From positions 7,270,494-7,334,493 of the forward strand of contig CM119263.1 of assembly GCA_051294375.1 (NCBI GenBank): a DNA stretch of 64,000 nt, in the 5' to 3' direction. The stretch comes from Paraspadella gotoi (taxonomy: Eukaryota > Animalia > Chaetognatha). Position 1 is the stretch's first letter. Each line of letters opens with the position of its first letter. Made by a program: the position numbers and the translations under genes. Positions 56,133 through 64,000 of the stretch are shown piece after piece. The notes under the pieces were generated by a model that saw only the letters and a program-made list of their open reading frames with translations, was not told the origin of the DNA and did not search any database.

Positions 56133-56330
56133 CCCACCGTTCATCAGCGCCATTGGTGCCGTAGGCAAGTTTTCGCTCCCAACCCAAAGGTCCGGGTTCT
56201 CAGCCCGGCTGTCGTCTGCATAAGAGGACGGGGCCTTATCCGCTAACATGTGTCTACAGCCTGATCCGAATCACGCGACTGCCTTATTATGAACGGGTCT
56301 GTCAGTTAACACTTATCAATAATTACTGTC
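56133..56330 (+). mobile_element. Possible tRNA-derived SINE
   Basis: An A-box-like tggtgccgtagg and a B-box-like aaaggtccgggttctcagcccggc at tRNA-like spacing, in a GC-richer ~200-bp island. Single copy in this window. Confidence 0.4.
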
Positions 56331-57119
56331 TCTTCAATTGCCCATATAATTCATTTGAAAATTTGAAAAAATTGAACATGAATGAATCTTGAAAAATATA
56401 AGAGTTGAAATTCAGAGGGATAGATAAGTAAAGATTTTAGCCTGAAATAAATTCTTTGTTGAAAACTTTTATCTCTTCCCTCTTCTCTCTTTCTCTCTCT
56501 CTGTCTCTCTCTTCAAATTACTGTGAAAAACTATTATAGAAAACAATATTTTTCGCGCCACTGACAAGCAAGCGCTCTCTCAGAACGAAAACTCATCCGT
56601 TATTTTGTTCTAACATTTAACCGTCTGTTTTTAAATAATAAAAAACGTTGTAACTAAAACTTACAACAACAACGAATCCAGAGAAATTAATTATACTTTT
56701 TTAGTTAAACCGTCTAATATTAAAAATCCCTGCCTATTCTCAGTCTCTATGTCTAATTTTTAATTATCCTTTCTTAATAATTTTAACGTTTGTAAATAAA
56801 TTTTTTCTCTGGACTATTTTGCATTATTTAAAAACCTTTGAGCTATTATAACCTCAATTTGCTATTGTAGTATTATATTTTTAAGAAATGAAAAATACAA
56901 AAAATTTTACATATTATAGAGATAAATATTAATTAGATATGCATCTAACATTAAAACAAATAGACATGAAGATATTCAAGCAAAATGAAGTGTATACTGC
57001 AATTACTTTTCAATCAAACAAGTTCCAAGGATAAAGCTTTTTGCTAATAGATAAAATTCAAAACATATTATTGGAGGTGGGTGGCGTTGGTGCTTAATGC
57101 ATTAGAAAATAGCGCGAAT

Positions 57120-57582
57120 TCTTGCCTGTCCACCTTACTCATGGCTCATAGTGTAGTGCTTACAGTGTGGTACGAGCTGTAATTCAAATTTTCTGCTGTC
57201 CACCTTACTATGGCTCATAGCTGTAGTGGTTACAGTGGTAGCGAGGCTGTATGAAATTTTCTGTGTCCACCTTACTATGGCTTTCATAGTTGTGGTTACA
57301 GTGGGTAGCGATGGCTGTATGAAACTTTTCTGCGTCCACCTTACTTATGGCTCATGAGTGTATGTGGTACAGTGTGGCGGTAGCGAGGCTTTTCTATGAA
57401 ATTTTCTGGCTGTCCCACCTACTACTGGCTTCATAGTGTAGTGGGTACAGGTGGGGTAGCGAGGGCTGTATGAAATTTTCTGCCTGCTCCACCTTACTAT
57501 GGCTTTCATAGTGTATGGTTACAGGGGTAGCGAAGGGCTGTATGAAATTTTCTGCTTCCCACCTTACTATGGCTTCATAGTG
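57120..57582 (+). repeat. ~66-72 bp minisatellite, 7 copies
   Basis: ccacct(t)act recurs at ~57130, 57200, 57267, 57337, 57415, 57489 and 57559. Approximate consensus: tccaccttactatggcttcatagtgtagtggttacagtggtagcgaggctgtatgaaattttctgctg. Confidence 0.93.
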
Positions 57583-57636
57583 CCCCCCCTGCGCGAGCAA
57601 GACGGACGTTAAGAGCTCTCTTAAATCCGGAACTTA

Positions 57637-60600
57637 CTTTTTCTTTTCTTTGAGGACGTTGCAGCCCTAAGGAGAAGGGTTAGCAGAAAGGCTACTTCTC
57701 TATATAGTTCATTGACGTGCTGTTATCACTCTTATAATATAGGTTAAAGAGAATATGTTTAGTCAAAATAATACGTGTAACTAATTAAGTAGTCCCGGCC
57801 GTTCTTAACGATTGCATTTTGGAGAATCACATACAAACTATAAAATATGAGAAAAAGCAAACAAAAAAGAATACTTGGTGCTTCGTCATTCTCGGGTTCG
57901 TGGAATCTAAAGGCAGACTAGGGTGCGGAAGAAAGCAAACATTCTGCAGAGCCGAGAAGGTATCATTGAGAAGAGACGGGTTCAATCTGGGCCATAAAAA
58001 GGTCTATGGCTGGCGGTCAGTTTCAGAATGACTACGTATTTTCGTGGAAAGGACAATCTCATTCCGTCGCAATGCCAACCGAGTTGACGTCACTCGGTCC
58101 CTCTTTCAGTTACTACGGGTAGCGATAAGCGGGATTAGAAAGCTATTTTGTCGATTCCGCCTCTCGTTTTTAATACAGTAACTATGAAAAAGTGTCGAAA
58201 ATTGTTTACCACTACACAAAAAAGTATAATATATGGCTGATTTTATTCGAACATCACAAGGTTTGATTTCGAGTGAGGTAATAATAAGGAATTCGCCCCA
58301 ATTTTAAGGCTTCTAAGAAACCACGATGCGAACAAACCTGATCCACGCTGTGCAGAAAGACCCGGAGTTTCAGACGACGTACATGTAAAACTATACTCAA
58401 CTTTGAAGGATAGAAAACTTAGACTCTAATAAACCATAACGTGAAGCCTCCCATAACTATCTAACTGTGGAATCCCCAAAGATCTCAACACCCTGGGATT
58501 CCGCGAACCAAGAATCTGTGACCTTGGTGGGTCCCTATAATCTAGCCTTTATGTCGCCATCGACGCATAGACGATAGTTCATTGCGGCTGAGAACTAAGG
58601 ACGACCGAGACGACGAAGCGTCGCCGACGCAGGAAAACCGCCCGAACGATAAGGAACGTCCGATCGAGTTAAATAATCACATTATAAAAAGAACAAATGA
58701 AAGTAGAAAACCTAACGTTGATAACCAACTGAATGTTTAATCAAGACATTTAAGCAAACAATGATACAAGATGACTACAGGAGAATAAGCACGGATGAAG
58801 TCCCTGACGCGTCAGAGTATAACACATGTGCGACCTGGGAAAGTCTTGGAGGACAGAAGTGTTCACCAACACAATGTTGACGTGGAGATACGTGAATACA
58901 ATAAAAATAACGAGAACGAATTAAAGAGAAATTTCTCCACCAAAGTGACAAAGACGACTGATGGTGGGACATTGATTAGCGAGACGACAAACGACGCAGT
59001 GACGTAGGCAAGCACGGCATTGGCGTCTGCAGGTAGCGGCAGTGGTCCTGAGCGGTGTGACGGCTGCGTTCCGCTGCGGCGCGGCGGGACGACAACGACG
59101 AATCGGCCCACGGGAAGAGACGTGAGAATATGAAATTTTTATGTGTGAACTCTTAAAGGAAAAAAAGAGCCGGAAATCAGAACTTCACTCTCNNNNNNNN
59201 NNNNNNNNNNNNNNNNNTTATAGTTGAACTTTTGCTTCATTTTTCGCGGAATAGCCATTGGAAAGGGTTCATTTGGACTGAACTTAATGCATCGAATTTT
59301 TTTAGGTTTCTGTTACTGCCCCCATATTTCACAGACTTGAAAAGGTCGCTATGATTATTCATGTCACGTAGTGTCCGATTATCTGTACCTCTCTGCACAC
59401 CCTTGCATTCTGAATTTTCTTTTTCTCCGTGTCAAGATGATTAAATAAACTAAAATTATTGTGAACGAGAACGATTGGCGTGGAGGATGCCATTGGATAA
59501 GCACTTAAAGTTACCCCGACTTCCACTTGCCCGTCACATTTTTAAACCAGAGTCCGTTTTTTTTCCATCTATTCGAGAACATACTGACAACTATTGGTAC
59601 TGATTAATCTTTTATTTTTTTCATGAATTTGCTGCGTAATCAGAGACGTTTGAGCAGTGTCAAACATATGTATAAAATAGAAAAATAGTAGTATAACGTT
59701 TGAACAATTTAAAATTTATGGAGGAATCTATTAGAGGCTTTTACTCGGAATAGTTTTTCTTTTCTTTTGAGGACGTTGCAGCCTAAGGGAGAAGGGAAGA
59801 GAAAGGTTACTCTATAATAGTTCATTGACATGCTCTTAACTCCGTATAATATAGGGTTAAACGAGAAGGTTTAGTCAAATAATACGTAACTAATAGTAGT
59901 CCGGCGTTCTTAACGATTGCATTTTTGGGAATCACATACAAAACATAAAAAAGAGAAAAAAACAAAACAAAAAGAAATACTTGGTGCTTGGTCATTCTCG
60001 GCGTCGTGGAATTTAAAAGCAGACTAGGTGGCGGAAAGAAAGCAAACATCTTGAGAGCGAGAGGTATCATGAGAAGACGGGTTCAAACTTCGGCCTGAAA
60101 ATATGGCGGCGTCAGTTTACGATGATACGATTCGTGGAAAGGAAATCTGATTCCGCGCGATGCCAACCGACTTGTATCCACCCGGCTCTTTCAGTTACAT
60201 ACGGGGCATGAAAAGCGCCCATATAGAAAAGCATCTTGATGACGACTATTCAGCGGAATCAGAAGCTATTTTGTCGATTCCCGCCTAATCGTTTTAAAAC
60301 GGTAACTGAAAAAGCGAAAATTGTTTACCACACACACAAAAAAAGTTAATAATATATGCGATTTTATTCGAAATCAACAAGGTTGATTCAGTAGTAATAA
60401 TAAATTCCCCAAAATTCTTGGCTTCTAAAAACCACGATGAGACAAAACCCTGATCCACGATGTCAGAAAGACCGGAAGTTTACAGACGACGTAAATTTAA
60501 AATAACTATTACTCAACTTTGAAGATAGAAAATTATACTCCATAATAAACCTAACGTGAAGCCTCCCTAACTATCTTAACTGTGAATCCCCCAAAAGATC

Positions 60601-61300
60601 TCAACACCCTGGATTCCGCGAACCCGAAAATCTTGAACCGGAATTTTCCCTAATAATCTACTTTTTAGTCGCCATCGACGCATAACGAATAGTCAATGCG
60701 GCTGAAACTAAGACGACGATAACGACGACGACGTCGACGACGAGGAAACCGCCGAAGATAAGGAACGGTCCGACGAGTAAAACATGACATAATCAACAAA
60801 GAACAAAATGAAAGTAGAAAAACCTAACGTTGAAACCAAACATGTTTAATCAAACATTTAAGCAAAACAAATGACAAAGATGACGACAAGGAGAATAAAA
60901 GCGACGGGATGAAGTCCCTCTGACGACGACAGAGTAAACAATGTGACGACCTGAGAAAGACTTGGAGGAAGAAACGTTCACAAACACAATGTTGACGTGG
61001 AGAACGTGAAAGACAACAAAAAATAACGAGAAAATAAAGAGAAAATTTCTCCCAAAAAGTGACAAAGACGACTGATGGTGGGACATTGGATTAGCGAGAC
61101 GACAAAGACGACGATGACGTAGGCAACAGCGGCGGTGGCGGTTGCGGCGGCTGGAGCGGTGGCGGCTGCGGTTCCGGCTGCGGCTGCGGCGAGGACGACA
61201 ACGACATCGGCGACAGGGAAGAGACGTGAAGAATATGAAATTTTTGTGTGAAACTCTAAAAGGAAAAAAAAAGGAGCCGGAAATTCAGAACTTCACTCTC
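57637..61300 (+). repeat. Noisy tandem duplication (~57637-59192 and ~59755-61300) across a 25-N gap
   Basis: Both copies start ttttcttttcttt(t)gaggacgttgcagcc and end gagccggaaat(t)cagaacttcactctc, with dense indel differences. Confidence 0.93.
59771..61122 (+). CDS. Candidate large terminal exon of a membrane protein (TM helix plus acidic cytoplasmic tail), disrupted by indels; copy at ~57655-59007
   Basis: It follows a polypyrimidine-AG. A hand consensus of the two copies gives LIVVPAFLTIAFLGITYK then a basic stretch, RAMPTDLYPPGSFSYIRG, DDDYSAESEAILSIP, DDDNDDDVDDEETAEDKE, and KVTKTTDGGTLISETT near a TAG stop. Neither copy has an intact frame. Confidence 0.35.
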
Positions 61301-61400
61301 TTTCCCTTCATCTTCTACCTTTTTCTTTCATTTCATTTTTACCCCAACTTTTCTTCTTAAATTTAGCTCGTGTTTACATACAGTTCAAAAGACTGAGTTA

Positions 61401-61509
<109 letters not shown>

Positions 61510-61789
61510 TTGGGGTTTCTTCGAATTCCTTTTCTTCTTTTTTTCATCATTTTTTATAAGCATCACCTTTTTTTCTCCTACTTTCTTTTTTTCATACTTC
61601 GCCACATCATTCCCCAGCCTTTTTCTTTCTCCTCCTCCTCTCCTCTCTCTTCATCCCCATATTTTTCTCCATCCTCCCCCCCCCAAAAAAAAAGCCTTTG
61701 TGTCTCTCTCGCGTACTTTCACGTGTAATCTCTCCGGTGCTGGTGATATTTCTCTCAGTTTGGCCCGATATTCGATTATTGTTATTCTC

Positions 61790-61843
<54 letters not shown>

Positions 61844-62007
61844 TTCTCTGTGTGGGACTATTTTTCTGTTCCTTCCGATCTTTCACTTTCTTGGCGAGAC
61901 TTTTCCGATGTTATTTTTTTTACGGTGCTCGTCTTTTATAACTTCACACACGCACTCCCTCTTTCTCCCTCCTCTCTGGTTCTCAATTTATTTTCTTTCT
62001 TTCTTTA

Positions 62008-62041
<34 letters not shown>

Positions 62042-62395
62042 TTTTAGACATTTACCATTTGCTTCTCCTTATTTTTCTCCTTTCCCGTTAACACATCTAA
62101 ATATGTTTTTAAATGATTCAATAGTTTTTCTTTATGTTTCAAAACACCCAATTCGTCAATACCCATAAGCAGTGGTAAGGAGAATTTTCGCCAGAATCTG
62201 ACTTAGCACAACCACCTGCCACGCCCACTCCAATTTCTCCTCACGCCCTCCCCCTGCCTTCTCCGCCCCTTTCTTCCCTCCTCGCCCATTTGAACACTAA
62301 ATCTCTGAATCCGACCGCTTAGGTCAAGGTTATGCTGTCCCGAAATTGACCCTCTCCCTTCTCATTCTAAAACCGGAGTCAAACTCAGTCTCAGA

Positions 62396-62450
<55 letters not shown>

Positions 62451-64000
62451 CTCTCTCACTTACTAACCCCCTACTTCTATTTAGTGATTTGAAATTAATA
62501 AGATGCTTATTGCAATCATAGTCTTTTCCGTCTCTATTCGCCTTTTTAATTTAATTATGTTACAATGTAGCTTGATTTTATATCGGTTTCTATTTAGTAT
62601 TCCTTTTTTTACTTTTTCTTTTACTTTTTATTATTTTCGTCTCTTCTTTTCTAACGCTTTCTACTGATTTTTTGATTTTTCCTTACTTTTTTTGCCTCTT
62701 CTCCCTTTTCTATCAAACCTTTTAAATCGCTTCTTTTTTAATCGGTCTCCTTCCCTTTATACAAGCTGCAGGACGTTCTGCGGACGTTGCCCTATTGAGG
62801 GGCGAATGTATTTAGAAGCTAATCGCATAATACTATCTCAATTGAAGCTGTAGACTCGAATTCGTAAAAAGGAGACGCGAATTAAAAAAAAACTAAAACT
62901 AATTTAAATATATTTAAAAGCGAATCTTTTGTTCTCTCTTCATCAAATTCTTTGAAATTCACGGCTCGTATGTCCTTCGCTTTCACCTCGCCTCGTCGTC
63001 TCTCATTCCCGCCATCTTTTAATCATCCCCGAATCCGATCCCAAACCCCTGATCCATCTCCCCCCCCCCCTCCAAGCTCATTTTTTCATGCACGCGATCA
63101 ACCTTCCAATGGGAGAGCCTTCACTCTTCCCGTCTGCCCATATTAAACGCATTTATCGTTCGCCAGATCTACTTTTCAATAGCGTTTTTTCGGTGATACT
63201 ACAGTCACACAAGTGTTACAATTTAGGCAGATTTAAAGAATTTTCGACGATCCAATTCATTAACCCAATAATATTTGACTTTTAGACTTATTTTTCTAGT
63301 TCTTTATCCCCATCATTCCTTCAATTCTCTCACTCCATTCATTTCATCTTTTAACTTGCCTATACTATATCTTCCTGCGTCTCGTTTTATTACCTACACG
63401 ATACAATCCCGCCTACCCTTTCTCCAGTATTTCGTCTCTNNNNNNNNNNNNNNNNNNNNNNNNNNNNNNNNNNNNNNNNNNNNNNNNNNNNNNNNNNNNN
63501 NNNNNNNNNNNNNNNNNNNNNNNNNNNNNNNNNNNNNNNNNNNNNNNNNNNNNNNNNNNNNNNNNNNNNNNNNNNNNNNNNNNNNNNNNNNNNNNNNNNN
63601 NNNNNNNNNNNNNNNNNNNNNNNNNNNNNNNNNNNNNNNNNNNNNNNNNNNNNNNNNNNNNNNNNNGACAGAATGTAATGAAATTTGCATAAATAACGGA
63701 AGCGAAGGCATAAATCTCGCCCCGCGATATTGGAGTTTTGCCACGAGTGCCCGTTATTTTTCTCCCGGCGCGACGGTCGTGCGAAGACAAAGGAGCATCG
63801 TCGGCGATGGAATTATTTACGGTCGGCGTCGCGGCGTCTCAGTATTGAAAGGTTTTTTCGGAGATTCCATAGGGTTTGTGAGGGGGAGAGCGAAGGCGGG
63901 AAGAGGGGCGTGAGGGTTATGTAAGAGGGGGAAGGAAACCGAAGTTCGTTTGTTGAGTATAATTCAGTTTCCGCCTCGGCTTAATCAGAAACTTTAGCGT

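Noticed and set aside
57120-57582. CRISPR-like appearance of regularly spaced repeats
   Set aside because: Whole units repeat with no unique spacers, there are no cas genes, and the context is eukaryotic.

Overview
This is AT-rich, microsatellite-saturated ((AG)n, (GAC)n, (GGC)n, (AAGAG)n) eukaryotic DNA, probably from an invertebrate animal, in a draft assembly. It has six gaps of exactly 25 N, three other gaps, and many indel-noisy stretches. Almost all ORFs in the supplied track are translations of simple repeats. The only protein-coding region I can identify is a GC-rich, frameshifted, 3'-truncated Ty3/Gypsy LTR retrotransposon on the minus strand (~44304-48378): putative 5' LTR, PBS, gag, protease, RT with YLDD, RNase H and the start of integrase. 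Large-scale structure is a ~1.1 kb-arm inverted repeat (1-2400) and three tandem duplications (16441-22911/22913-28642, 50553-51790/51938-53111, 57637-59192/59755-61300); some or all may be haplotype or gap-filling artefacts. The most interesting signals are: (i) minimal hammerhead-ribozyme motifs of the Penelope-like-element type, the best at 42657-42689 inside a 161-bp hairpin nested in a foldback-like element, plus three degenerate candidates; (ii) a ~600-bp whole-length palindromic MITE with a target-site duplication whose empty site is visible in the duplicated copy; (iii) an intronless orphan pseudogene island (19217-19928, copy 25113-25825); (iv) a ~70-bp minisatellite whose unit resembles a tRNA 5' half; (v) a probable exon encoding a transmembrane helix and an acidic tail in the noisy 57.6-61.3 kb duplication. 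No rRNA, intact tRNA or CRISPR array was found. All homology statements come from motif recognition by eye; no database searches were run.
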